From contig OZ253470.1 in assembly GCA_965261735.1 (NCBI GenBank), positions 1,696,001 to 1,760,000 on the forward strand: 64,000 nucleotides of DNA, given 5' to 3'. The stretch is from Alphaproteobacteria bacterium. GTDB taxonomy: Bacteria; Pseudomonadota; Alphaproteobacteria; SHVV01. A program made the translations under genes and the position numbers. Under the pieces are notes generated by a model. That model saw nothing but the letters and a program-made list of their open reading frames with translations, did no database searches and was not told where the DNA came from. Numbering within the stretch: position 1 is the first letter of the stretch; the number at the start of each line of letters is the position of its first letter. Shown here in pieces: positions 55,158 through 64,000 of the stretch.

Positions 55158-55712
55158 TTACTTGCTTTGTTTCTGGCCCGGAACGAAGCGTCCGCGTACG
55201 CGGCCCTGCGCTCCGCCCGCGGGAGCACCCTCGATCCTGCTCTCGCCGGTGACAAGGTTCAACACCAATCGCGCTCCGCGAATGACGTTCTTATCGCGCG
55301 TCAGAACGACCGAGCCGATCAAAGTGATGCTTTCCGAGTCGACGTCGTAGACGCCGTGGTCGCCCTGCGCCGTCTCCTGGGGTGAGGAGACGAAGACATT
55401 GCCGGTCGCGTCGATGCGTGAAATGCGGGGCGGCGTCGAACCTTCCGCCTGGGCGTAGTGAACCGTGACCTCATCCGCAGTGAGCCGCAGCGTACCTTGG
55501 GCGGCGGCGACGCTACCGCGAAACACGGCTGTCTTCTGGTCCTGCTTGACCTCGAGGCTGTCCGCCGTGATCTCGATGGGAAGGCCTCGGTTGCCGAGGC
55601 TGGGCCCGGTTTGCGCGTGCCCCGCCGCGGCGCCGAGCGCGAGGGCGGCCAACACGACGAGGGCGTGGCGAACAGCTCCCGTGGCGAGCGGTGCTTCGCG
55701 TAGTCTCCCCAC
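55158..55712 (-). CDS. lptA: LPS transport periplasmic protein
   Basis: PIEITAD, F.G.V...QG OstA-type pattern; synteny. Confidence 0.9.
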   Translation of the reverse strand: MGRLREAPLATGAVRHALVVLAALALGAAAGHAQTGPSLGNRGLPIEITADSLEVKQDQKTAVFRGSVAAAQGTLRLTADEVTVHYAQAEGSTPPRISRIDATGNVFVSSPQETAQGDHGVYDVDSESITLIGSVVLTRDKNVIRGARLVLNLVTGESRIEGAPAGGAQGRVRGRFVPGQKQSK

Positions 55713-55714
55713 CG

Positions 55715-56380
55715 CTAGCCTCCGGGGCGCATGACGAGCCTCACGCCGCCCTCGAAGAGGAGGTGCGTTCCCTTATCCCGGGCGCGAAAGCTCTGGGCCT
55801 CGATGGTGCCGAATGGACCCTGCCCGCGCACCGGTGAGGGGCCGACGATGGTGCCCTCGGCAAGGTCGACGAGCGCCGATGCCGTGTTGAGCTCATAGCC
55901 CTGGTTGGAGAACACGTCGACCCGGCCCGAGAGGGCCAACGTCTGGCGGTCGCGCTGATAGGTGCCGGTATCGGCCATCACCGTCACCCAGGCGCCGCTC
56001 TCGAGGGTCATGTCGGCCTGTAGCTGGCGCAGCCGGAAGCGCTCGGAGTCGGCATCGTCCTGTTGCGCGACCTCGGCCGTCACGGTGTAGGGCCGGTCGG
56101 CCCCGTCGCTGCCGACATAGCGCACCCGCTGCAAGCCGGGCGCGTCGTCGTCGCCGGATCGCAATCCGGCGAGCAGGATGCGGTAGCCATCGCCGCGCTC
56201 GTACAGGCCCGGCCAAGCCACGACCACGCCGACGAGGACGGCCGCCGCCAACGGCAGAATGAGCTTCATGGCGCCGACGAAGCGGCTGTAGTTGGCGCCG
56301 ACCCGCGCGACGACCGCATCCGCGCGGTTGACATCGAGCCGGAACCTGCGGCCGGCGCTCGCCGTCGGCGACGCGTTCAT
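55715..56380 (-). CDS. lptC: LPS export protein LptC
   Basis: YSRFV..MK.ILP TM followed by beta-jellyroll-like region; between kdsD and lptA. Confidence 0.85.
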   Translation of the reverse strand: MNASPTASAGRRFRLDVNRADAVVARVGANYSRFVGAMKLILPLAAAVLVGVVVAWPGLYERGDGYRILLAGLRSGDDDAPGLQRVRYVGSDGADRPYTVTAEVAQQDDADSERFRLRQLQADMTLESGAWVTVMADTGTYQRDRQTLALSGRVDVFSNQGYELNTASALVDLAEGTIVGPSPVRGQGPFGTIEAQSFRARDKGTHLLFEGGVRLVMRPGG

Positions 56381-57408
56381 GCCGCTCCCGCGCGCAGGCA
56401 GTCATGGATGTGAAGGACGCCGACCGGCTTGCCCGCCTCGGTCACCATCAGGCTCGTGATTGATCGCGCGTTCATGAGCCCCAGCGCCTCGGCCACCAGG
56501 GCCTGCGGCCGGATCGTCAGCGGCTCGCGTGTCATCACCTCGGCGGCGCTCTGGCGCAGCAGGCCATCGTGCATGTGACGCCTGAGATCGCCGTCGGTGA
56601 TGATACCGGCTAGGCTTCCATCCGGCTCGAGGACGCCGACGCAGCCGAAGCTCTTTTCCGTCATCACCAGGAGGGCCTCGGTCATGGCGGCTTCCGGCGC
56701 CAGCAGCGGCAGCGCCGCGCCGGTGTGCATGATGTCCGCGACCTTGATGACGGCCGAGCGGCCGAGCCGGCCGCCGGGATGCAGGATCCGAAAATCGTCG
56801 GGCGTGAAATCCGCACGCTCCAGGAGCGCCATGGCGAGCGCATCGCCGAGCGCCAGCGCCGCCGTCGTCGAGGTCGTTGGCGTGAGGCCCATGGGGCAGG
56901 CCTCGGGTGTCGGCGGCAACACGAGTGCCACGTCGGCGGCGTCGGCGAGAAAGCGGCCGGGCCGGTCGGGCGTCCCGTGCGGTCCTACGATGGCGATCAT
57001 CGGCACCGCGAATCGCTTGCAATAGGCGACGATGTCGGCGAGTTCGGGGGTCTTGCCCGAGTTCGACAGCACGAGCACGGTGTCGCCCTTGTGCGCGATC
57101 ATGCCGAGATCGCCGTGGCTCGCTTCTCCGGGGTGAACGAAGAGTGCCGGCGTTCCCACCGAGGCCATGGTGGCCGCGATCTTGCGGCCGATGTGTCCGC
57201 TCTTGCCCATGCCGGTGACGACCACGCGGCCGGAAATGGCCGCGAGGATGTCGACGGCATCCGTGAAGGCCTCGCCGAGAGAATCGGCGAGCGCGTTGAG
57301 GGCCTCCGCCTCCAGGGCGAGGACGCGGCGCGCCGTATCGAGGTCGGCGCGTGCCTGCGCCGATCCCGCATCGCCGACCGCCTTCGCCTGCGGTGTCGAA
57401 ACGGACAT
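56377..57408 (-). CDS. kdsD: Arabinose-5-phosphate isomerase (KpsF/GutQ)
   Basis: GMGKSGHIGRK, EASHGDLG, HPGG, CBS pair. Confidence 0.95.
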   Translation of the reverse strand: MSVSTPQAKAVGDAGSAQARADLDTARRVLALEAEALNALADSLGEAFTDAVDILAAISGRVVVTGMGKSGHIGRKIAATMASVGTPALFVHPGEASHGDLGMIAHKGDTVLVLSNSGKTPELADIVAYCKRFAVPMIAIVGPHGTPDRPGRFLADAADVALVLPPTPEACPMGLTPTTSTTAALALGDALAMALLERADFTPDDFRILHPGGRLGRSAVIKVADIMHTGAALPLLAPEAAMTEALLVMTEKSFGCVGVLEPDGSLAGIITDGDLRRHMHDGLLRQSAAEVMTREPLTIRPQALVAEALGLMNARSITSLMVTEAGKPVGVLHIHDCLRAGAA

Positions 57409-57768
57409 GTTCAGGATCCCGAGCGCCCTCAGCCCGCCATCAGGACCGCGCGGCGCGCTTTCGCGACCGCTGTGTCCCGCTCTACTGACACACCAAGTAT
57501 GGGCGCTAAGGGACTGGAAATCAAATGACTGGGACGCTCCTTCGGTGATTTCGATAAGCTTCGTTCTCTCCCCTTGAAATACCCTCGTTGACTCTTATGT
57601 CAATACGCGATGAGATCAGCGACCTAGTTTTGCGGCGGCTCCTGTTCCGGGTCCCGCCATTTGTCCCTGGAGCGCCCGAGGAACGAGTGCTGATGGCCGC
57701 TCCCGACATTTGGCAGATGCTGACCGGACCGTGGAGCGACGTCAGTGAAGAATATCGTTGGAACCAAC

Positions 57769-58873
57769 CTTGCCTATCCGGTTAACGCCCATGACCGCTA
57801 CATGTAGGGTGCCGCCACTCTCCCGAGTAAAGCTCGGCATAGGTTGGAGCAGAGGTGTCGCCCGCGATGCCGAGCAATGAGCGGAAGGCGTTGAACGGGT
57901 AGAACCGCCTGTTGAAGCGGAAGGTGAACTCGTTGAGGTAGGCTTGTAGGTGCTGGTGGCTAACGCCGTGGTGGATACCGATCAGCCACGTCTTCAGGTT
58001 GGCGAAAACCAGATGGATGATCGGCAGGTATTGCTCGGCAACCTCTGGATCACCACACTCGGCAACAGCGAAGTGCTCATAGCCGCGCTTACCGAGGCCA
58101 GCATAGCCGCTCCAATCGTCAGTAACGATCAGCGATCGCGGCGCGACGGTGCTCTCGACGAACCCACAGAGCGACTCGGCGCTACGGTCGAGCACGACGG
58201 CGAGCCGAACGCGTCCGGCATAGCGTCCGTCTTTCCGGTTGTCGAGCTTGGTGCCCGGCTTTCGATGACGCACCTCGATGGCACAGGAGACGGGAACCTT
58301 GTGGTGAACACCACGGCCTTCCCCACGCGTTCGCCCGCCAACCCAGGTTTCGTCCACCTCAACATGGTTCTTGGGCTGTCCACCGATCCTGTCTTGGTTG
58401 GGCCGCACCATGCCCGAGCGGAGCTTGTGGAGAATTTGAAAGGCCGTCTCGTAGCGCGAAAGACCAAGTTGCCGCTGAAACTGCACGGCGGACATGCCGG
58501 GCGTCTGACTGGCGACCAGATAAGCGGCCCAGAACCAGACGTTCAGCGGAGTGTGGCTACGCTCCATCACTGTTCCCACCGTCAGCCCGGTGTTCTGGCG
58601 GCACTTGCGGCAGCGCAGGACGCCAGGGCGGTTTTCAAAGTGGAACGGCTCTCCCGCCGTGCCGCAGTGCGGGCAGGCAAAGCCGTCTCCCCAGCGGGCT
58701 TTCTCCAGGTAGGCGGCGCAGGCCGCATCATCGGGGAAAAGTCGCTGGAACTCGGGTAGCGAATGCGGGAATGGGAGATCGGCGCGGTCGAGAACATCCA
58801 TGGCGCGCTCCCCTATATCCGGGTTGCGCCCATTCTAGCCCTAGTGGGTGTGGGTGTAACCCGGATAGGCAAG
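57769..58873 (-). mobile_element. IS1595-family element A, copy 3 (complete)
   Basis: TIR CTTGCCTATCCGG; 8-bp TSD GAACCAAC at 57761-57768 and 58874-58881. Confidence 0.96.
57782..58801 (-). CDS. IS1595-family transposase
   Basis: Protein identical to 49928-50947. Confidence 0.94.
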   Translation of the reverse strand: MDVLDRADLPFPHSLPEFQRLFPDDAACAAYLEKARWGDGFACPHCGTAGEPFHFENRPGVLRCRKCRQNTGLTVGTVMERSHTPLNVWFWAAYLVASQTPGMSAVQFQRQLGLSRYETAFQILHKLRSGMVRPNQDRIGGQPKNHVEVDETWVGGRTRGEGRGVHHKVPVSCAIEVRHRKPGTKLDNRKDGRYAGRVRLAVVLDRSAESLCGFVESTVAPRSLIVTDDWSGYAGLGKRGYEHFAVAECGDPEVAEQYLPIIHLVFANLKTWLIGIHHGVSHQHLQAYLNEFTFRFNRRFYPFNAFRSLLGIAGDTSAPTYAELYSGEWRHPTCSGHGR

Positions 58874-59184
58874 GAACCAACTCCGCGCCTATTTCGATTT
58901 CTTCACGGAAGGTCGGCTAATTCACATCGGTCGATCCGGCTACATGCGCCCTCTCGACAAGCGTAGAGAAGAGGTTTGGGAAATACGGAGCCCGCGGCCG
59001 CGGCCAAGCCTCCGGGTGTTCGGAAGATTCGCGGAGCGTGACGTGTTCGTCGCGACAAATTGGGCGGAGCGCAAACTTCTTAAGGGTAGAGGGTCCCGCG
59101 AATGGCGAGATGAGATCGAGAGGTGTAAATCGGAGTGGCGGACTCTGTTTCCGGCGCACGACCCCCTCAGAGGAGATAGCGTTC

Positions 59185-59616
59185 ATGATTACGTCTCGGG
59201 AAACGTCACTGATGACGGCAATCTCAAATAGCGATCCCTTACGCCCCGCGCATTTCGCGTATTTTCGCGAACGGACGCGTAATAACCTATACGACCTTGT
59301 TCTAAGTACCTTTGTTCGTGGCTCCAAAGAAAACGGCCTCAAGAAGGCCGATTTGGCCAGACGTTTGAAGAAAAGGCCGGAACAGATCACTCGGTGGCTA
59401 TCCGGGCCTGGGAACTGGACGCTGGACACAGCTACGGACCTCTTGCTTGCAATGGGGGTAGAGCTCGAATTTTCCGGGAATCAGTTAAATTCAAGGCCGG
59501 CGCGCAACTACGCGCACCCCTTGGTGATCGAAATGGGCAAAGTCAGCTCCAAACCGGCGGTGCCAAGTAGTAGCGGCTCACGCCCGCTCCTGCTGGCGTC
59601 CATCGAACTAACCTGA
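59185..59616 (+). CDS. Xre/HigA-like HTH protein with C-terminal extension
   Basis: GLKKADLARRLKKRPEQITRWLSGPGNWTLDT HTH; AGGAG before ATG 59185 (alternative start 59212); overlaps both neighbours. Confidence 0.85.
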   Translation: MITSRETSLMTAISNSDPLRPAHFAYFRERTRNNLYDLVLSTFVRGSKENGLKKADLARRLKKRPEQITRWLSGPGNWTLDTATDLLLAMGVELEFSGNQLNSRPARNYAHPLVIEMGKVSSKPAVPSSSGSRPLLLASIELT

Positions 59617-60026
59617 TGGAGCAGCCGCGCGTCAGGCTCGTTGCGGCCGTAGTGTGCGATGAAGTTCGGCTTGAAGCCAACGGCAAGACATTCCTGATAG
59701 GTGTCTATTCAGGCGGCATCAGCGTTCCGGACCTACCCGCCACAATTAAGGTCAGCGCCTGGCTTTTGGCAGAGGCGCCAGAGGTTGGCGAGATACCCTT
59801 CGATGTTGAGTGTAGGGCTCCCGGGGGAACGCTCAAGGGAACCGGGACTTTGTCGGTCGTAGAATCGACCGAAAAGAATGAAACGGCCGGATTTGCCCTC
59901 AAGCCCTTTTCACTGACGATCGAGCGTGAGGGTTACATCGATCTCGCAATAAGGCAATACGATGACGAATGGACGATAGTGAAAAGGATAGCTGTCACTA
60001 CGGATCTGAATCGAAACCAAACTTAG
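59616..60026 (+). CDS. Small beta-rich protein, DUF6941-like
   Basis: VCDEVRLEANGKTFLIGVY N-terminal motif; TGATG coupling to the HTH gene. Confidence 0.72.
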   Translation: MEQPRVRLVAAVVCDEVRLEANGKTFLIGVYSGGISVPDLPATIKVSAWLLAEAPEVGEIPFDVECRAPGGTLKGTGTLSVVESTEKNETAGFALKPFSLTIEREGYIDLAIRQYDDEWTIVKRIAVTTDLNRNQT

Positions 60027-60062
60027 TTTTCTTTCACCCTCCGTCTCGTACCCAATAAGCGC

Positions 60063-60689
60063 TCAATGCTCGAAAATGTCGCTGCCGGCCCAGCCCGCGA
60101 GATCGAGCTCCGCGCGTGCCGGCAGGAACCCAAAGCATGCCTCGGCGAGCTCGCGACGGCCCTCGCGCACCAGCATCTCGTCGAGGCGCTCCCACAGGCT
60201 GTGCAGGTGGAGCACGTCCTCGGCCGCGTAGCGCACCTGCTCGTCGGTGAGTTGGGCAGCGCCCCAATCCGAGGACTGCTGCCCCTTGGCGAGATCCACG
60301 CCCAGGAGCTCGCGGCACAGGTCCTTGAGGCCGTGGCGGTCGGTGTAGGTGCGCGCAAGCTTGGACGCGATCTTGGTGCAGCGGACGGGCACGCAGGCGA
60401 TGCCGAGGTAGCGCCGGATCACCGCGATGTCGAAGCGCCCGAAGTGAAACAACTTGGTGATCCCGGGATCCGCCAGCAGGGCCTTGAGATTCGGTGCCGC
60501 GTAATCGGCGCCGCCCCCCGCCGCGGGCGGAAAATGCACGACGTGGGCGATGCCGTCGCCCGTCGACAGCTGCAACACGCACAACCGGTCGCGCTGCGGA
60601 TGGAGTCCGAGGGTTTCGCTGTCGATGGCGACGACGGGCGCACCGGCGAAACCCGCCGGCAAGTCGTTGCGGTGAAGTTCGACCGTCAC
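60063..60689 (-). CDS. rnd: Ribonuclease D-like 3'-5' exonuclease
   Basis: AIDSET, FHFGRFD, QQSSDWG, YAAEDV. Confidence 0.92.
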   Translation of the reverse strand: MTVELHRNDLPAGFAGAPVVAIDSETLGLHPQRDRLCVLQLSTGDGIAHVVHFPPAAGGGADYAAPNLKALLADPGITKLFHFGRFDIAVIRRYLGIACVPVRCTKIASKLARTYTDRHGLKDLCRELLGVDLAKGQQSSDWGAAQLTDEQVRYAAEDVLHLHSLWERLDEMLVREGRRELAEACFGFLPARAELDLAGWAGSDIFEH

Positions 60690-60742
60690 CGCGCCGCCGC
60701 CGGCCGTGCGGGCCCCGCGCGTCGGGCGCGCCCGCGGCGGAA

Positions 60743-60829
60743 TGGTGCCCAGGAGAAGACTCGAACTTCCACGACCTTGCGGTCACTAGCACCTGAAGCT
60801 AGCGCGTCTGCCAATTCCGCCACCTGGGC
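60743..60829 (-). tRNA. tRNA-Leu(CAG)
   Basis: GCCCAGG..TTCAGGT..long variable arm..GTTCGAGTC..CCTGGGCACCA; 87 nt with encoded CCA. Confidence 0.97.
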
Positions 60830-60989
60830 GTTTCGGGATGAAGGTCGTTAGCCCCTGAGACAAACGATGTCAACCGGGCATGCGCGGCGCGGGTGGCGCG
60901 CTAGCCGCGCCCGCAACCACGGCTTGGCCGCAGGCCGGCCCTCGTTCTATCATGCGAGGCGATCGTGGGCCCCGGGGGACGCGCAATCC

Positions 60990-61955
60990 ATGGCACAGCG
61001 CCTCGTTACCGTTTTCGGCGGATCGGGATTTCTCGGGCGCCACGTCGTGCAGCACCTAGCGCACGGCGGCGCGCGCGTCCGCGTTGCGGTGCGCGACCCG
61101 GAGGCGGCGGCTCACCTTCGTCCCATGGGCGACGTCGGTCAGATCGTCGGCATCCAGGCCAACCTGCGCGACGACGACTCGGTCGCGGCGGCCGTGGCCG
61201 GCGCGCACGCCGTCATTAACCTCGTCGGCATTCTCTTCGAGTCCGGGCGCCAGACCTTCGATGCGGTGCACGCGCGCGGTGTCGGGCGTGTCGCTGTGGC
61301 GGCCAAGGCCGCGGGCGCCGAGCACTTCGTGCACATCTCGGCCATCGGGGCCGATGCCGGCGCACCCTCGCGCTACGGGCGCACCAAGGCCGCGGGCGAG
61401 GCGGCCGTGCGGGCGGCGTTCCCTGCGGCCACGATCGTGCGGCCGAGCATCCTGTTCGGCGCCGAGGATCACTTCTTCAACCGTTTCGCCACACTCGCAC
61501 GCCTGCTGCCGGTCCTGCCGCTCTATGGCCGCGGGCTCGCCGATGCCGGGGCCACGCGCTTTCAGCCGGTTTACGCCGGCGACGTCGGGTTGGCGATTGC
61601 ACGCATCCTCGATGGCCCGGCCACGGCCGGCGCCACCTACGAATTCGGCGGCCCGCAAGTGTATAGCTTTCGCGAGCTGATGGAGTTCGTGCTGCACGCG
61701 ACGGGACGGCGCTGCCTGCTCGTGCCCATTCCCTTCGCGGTCGGCCGGCTGCAGGCGGCGTTCCTCGAGTGGCTGCCCAATCCGCCGCTCACGCGCGACC
61801 AGCTCAAGGAGCTGGGGCGCGACAACGTGGTCGCCGCGGGCGCCCTTTCGCTCGCCGATCTCGGCGTCACGCCGAGCGCGATCGAAGCCATCGTGCCCAC
61901 CTACCTGCGCCGTCATCGGCGCGCCGGCCGCGGCCTCGAGGGCGCCTCGGCGTGA
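60990..61955 (+). CDS. Complex I NDUFA9-like NAD-dependent epimerase
   Basis: VFGGSGFLG, INLVGIL, YGRTK, RPS, FQPVY. Confidence 0.92.
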   Translation: MAQRLVTVFGGSGFLGRHVVQHLAHGGARVRVAVRDPEAAAHLRPMGDVGQIVGIQANLRDDDSVAAAVAGAHAVINLVGILFESGRQTFDAVHARGVGRVAVAAKAAGAEHFVHISAIGADAGAPSRYGRTKAAGEAAVRAAFPAATIVRPSILFGAEDHFFNRFATLARLLPVLPLYGRGLADAGATRFQPVYAGDVGLAIARILDGPATAGATYEFGGPQVYSFRELMEFVLHATGRRCLLVPIPFAVGRLQAAFLEWLPNPPLTRDQLKELGRDNVVAAGALSLADLGVTPSAIEAIVPTYLRRHRRAGRGLEGASA

Positions 61956-61962
61956 GGGCACC

Positions 61963-62775
61963 CTAGGCGTACACCCACGTCAGGATCGCGACGCCGACCA
62001 CCACCCGGTAGACGACGAAGGGGGTAAAGCGCGCACGCCGAAGCCAGCGCATCATCGCGGCGATGGCGAGCAGGGCCGCGACAAGGGCGAACAGCGCGGC
62101 GAGAAGTGCCTCGAGGCCGAGAGCCGCATCGCCGGCGCGCACGATCTCGACGGTGCTCGGCACGGCGCTGGCGAGGATGGTCGGAATACTGAGCAGGAGC
62201 GAGAATCGCGCGGCTTCCGTTCGCTCGTAGCCCAGCATGCGCGCCGCCGTCATGGTGATGCCGGCGCGGCTGGTGCCGGGGACGAGCGCCAACACTTGGG
62301 CAAGGCCGATGGCAACGGCGCCGCCGACCCGCAGGTGTTCGAGCCGGCGGATCGTCATGCCGAGGCGATCGGCGGCCAACAGGACGAGGCCAAAGCCCGC
62401 CATGCTCCAGCCGATCATCTCGATACTGCGTAGGCCCGCCAGCGCGCCGCTCTCGTAGCCGAAGCGCAGCAGGAGCGCGCCCGCGACCACCACTGGTACG
62501 GTCCCGATGATGACGTTGACCACGAGCTGCGTCTGCGCTCCGGCTCGCCCGCGCATGAGGTCGGCCAAGCCGAGGAACATCGCCACCACGTCGCGGCGGA
62601 AGAAGATCAACACCGCGCCGAGGGTGCCGACATGCACGGCGACGTCGATGGCGAGGCCCTGGTCGGGCCAGCCGGTCAGCGTCGGGATCATGCGCAAGTG
62701 GGCCGACGAACTGATCGGCAGGAACTCGGTGATGCCCTGGACGATGGCGATGAGGATGAGTTGCAGCGTGGTCAC
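61963..62775 (-). CDS. uppP: Undecaprenyl-diphosphatase
   Basis: QGITEFLPISSSAH, PGTSRAG, FSLLLSIP. Confidence 0.96.
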   Translation of the reverse strand: MTTLQLILIAIVQGITEFLPISSSAHLRMIPTLTGWPDQGLAIDVAVHVGTLGAVLIFFRRDVVAMFLGLADLMRGRAGAQTQLVVNVIIGTVPVVVAGALLLRFGYESGALAGLRSIEMIGWSMAGFGLVLLAADRLGMTIRRLEHLRVGGAVAIGLAQVLALVPGTSRAGITMTAARMLGYERTEAARFSLLLSIPTILASAVPSTVEIVRAGDAALGLEALLAALFALVAALLAIAAMMRWLRRARFTPFVVYRVVVGVAILTWVYA

Positions 62776-62873
62776 TGGCCTGTGCGCGTTACCGCCGCCG
62801 TGGGCGCGGCGCTTATAGCACCGCCCTCGCGCGGCCCCAAGTCCGCTGCGATGTGCGACCTCGGCCGCGAATA

Positions 62874-63290
62874 CTATGCCTTGGGCTGATCGCGTGCCGC
62901 GGCGTCGTCCCGCTGGTGCCGGCGTTCAAGGGCTGTCGACGCCACCAGAAGACCTATGCTGAGGCAGCCCACTAGCGCAGCCACACCCACGATAGGAAGG
63001 AGCCACTGCGCCGATTCCTGGCCGATAAACCATCCCAGCAGCGCGACACCAGGAGCGAGGAAAAGGACGATCAGTCCGTATACTCTTAGATCACGAGCCA
63101 GGTGTTTGCTTCCGCCCTCGCCCAGCGACGATAGTTCGTCCATGAGTGCCCGATCGATAGGTTGGCCGTTTTATATCGTGCGGCGCAGCGTGTCGTGTTG
63201 AAGCTCCCGTTTGCGGATACTATTCCAGGTGGCCGCCACGACGGCAGCGGCAATAAATGTCCAAAACCCCAAAGCCGCCAGTCCTATTCC
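62874..63290 (-). pseudogene. Small membrane protein (DUF6249-like) with in-frame stop and IS256 at its 5' end
   Basis: ..QHDTLRRTI-TAA(63171-63173)-NGQPIDRALMDE.. is one continuous frame with three hydrophobic segments. Confidence 0.65.
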
Positions 63291-64000
63291 GATCGTGTCC
63301 CGCGGAGTGGTGTAAGAGCGTTGCGCTCTACGCGGCTCCCGGCGGGTAGGGCCGGGACGTTCAGGCTGCCACGGTGGGCAGCGTGATGGGGACACCATCG
63401 CTCAGCGGAGCGATGGATTCCAGCGTCATGTATCTCCTTGAGACGGCCCACTCGTCGTTCTGCTCGAGAAGGATGGCGCCGACGAGCCGTGTGATGGCGG
63501 CTTCGTTGGGAAAGATACCGACGACGTTGGTGCGACGCTTGACCTCGGCATGGAGCCGTTCGATCGGGTTTGTGGAGTGCAATTTCTGGCGGTGCTCCCT
63601 GGGGAAGCTCATGTAGGCGAGGACGTCGTGCTCGGCTTCGTCCATGAGAACTGCCAGCTTGGGCACCTTGGGCCTGAGCTGGTCGGCGACCTGGCGCCAC
63701 TGGACCTTCGCGCTGTCGGCGTCCTCCTGGGCGAAGGCGGTGGCGACGAAGGCGGAGACGACGCGCCGGCCCTGGCGGCCGGCATGGGCCAGCAGGTTGC
63801 GGGCGAAGTGCACGCGGCAGCGCTGCCATGTGGCGCCGAGGATCCGGGTCGCGGCGGCCTTCAGGCCCTTGTGGGCGTCGGAGATCACCAGCTTCACGCC
63901 GCGCAGCCCGCGCCGGGCCAGCGAGCGCAGGAACTCGGTCCAGAAGGTCTCGGCCTCCGACGCGCCGATCGCCACGCCCAGGACCTCGCGGCGGCCTTGG
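63291..64000 (-). mobile_element. IS256-family element A, copy 2 (partial, runs off window)
   Basis: Near-identical to 706-1400; starts with the same TIR GATCGTGTCCCGCGG; transposase stop at 63361. Confidence 0.95.

Larger units (their letters stand above)
57597..59231 (+). pseudogene. RelE/HigB-like putative toxin (173 aa reconstructed) split by IS1595
   Basis: 57597-57768 + 58882-59231 join in frame (..EYRWNQLRAYFDFF..); VWEIRSPRPRPSLRVFGRF resembles the RelE-fold WE.R...R(V/I)F strands. Confidence 0.72.

Noticed and set aside
57409-60829. tRNA-Leu-anchored integrative island
   Set aside because: No integrase, no duplicated tRNA 3' end, and rnd lies between the tRNA and the module

Overview
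GC-rich alphaproteobacterial chromosome (Rhodospirillales-like gene order). The core comprises serC-serA-hisZ-purA, efp-suhB-OmpA-MotA/MotB-like, tkt-gap-fba-thiE, zapA-6S RNA-ygfA-ymdB, yebC-ruvCAB-tolQRAB-pal-cpoB-tilS-ftsH-folP-glmM-thiD, tRNA-Leu-rnd-kdsD-lptCAB-rpoN and uppP. About eleven IS/MITE insertions are overlaid on it: five IS1595-family (three near-identical copies, one unrelated complete element, one remnant), three IS256, one IS110/IS1111, one ISKra4-like and one 172-bp MITE. Most have readable terminal inverted repeats (TIRs) and several have 8-bp target-site duplications (TSDs); pseudogenes are numerous. The main leads are: (1) a three-gene RelE/HigB-like + Xre-HTH + DUF6941-like module between kdsD and rnd, visible only after removing an IS1595 from the first gene; (2) an IS1111-type element whose 3' non-coding region carries readable target- and donor-matching guides (bridge/seekRNA architecture); (3) a tandem mosaic array of three secreted paralogues, two of them destroyed by mobile elements; (4) a non-flagellar MotA/MotB-like pair with 42-aa tandem repeats; (5) a nested IS pile-up at a rearrangement breakpoint that supplies the rpoN stop codon. 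All family assignments come from motif recognition, not database searches.
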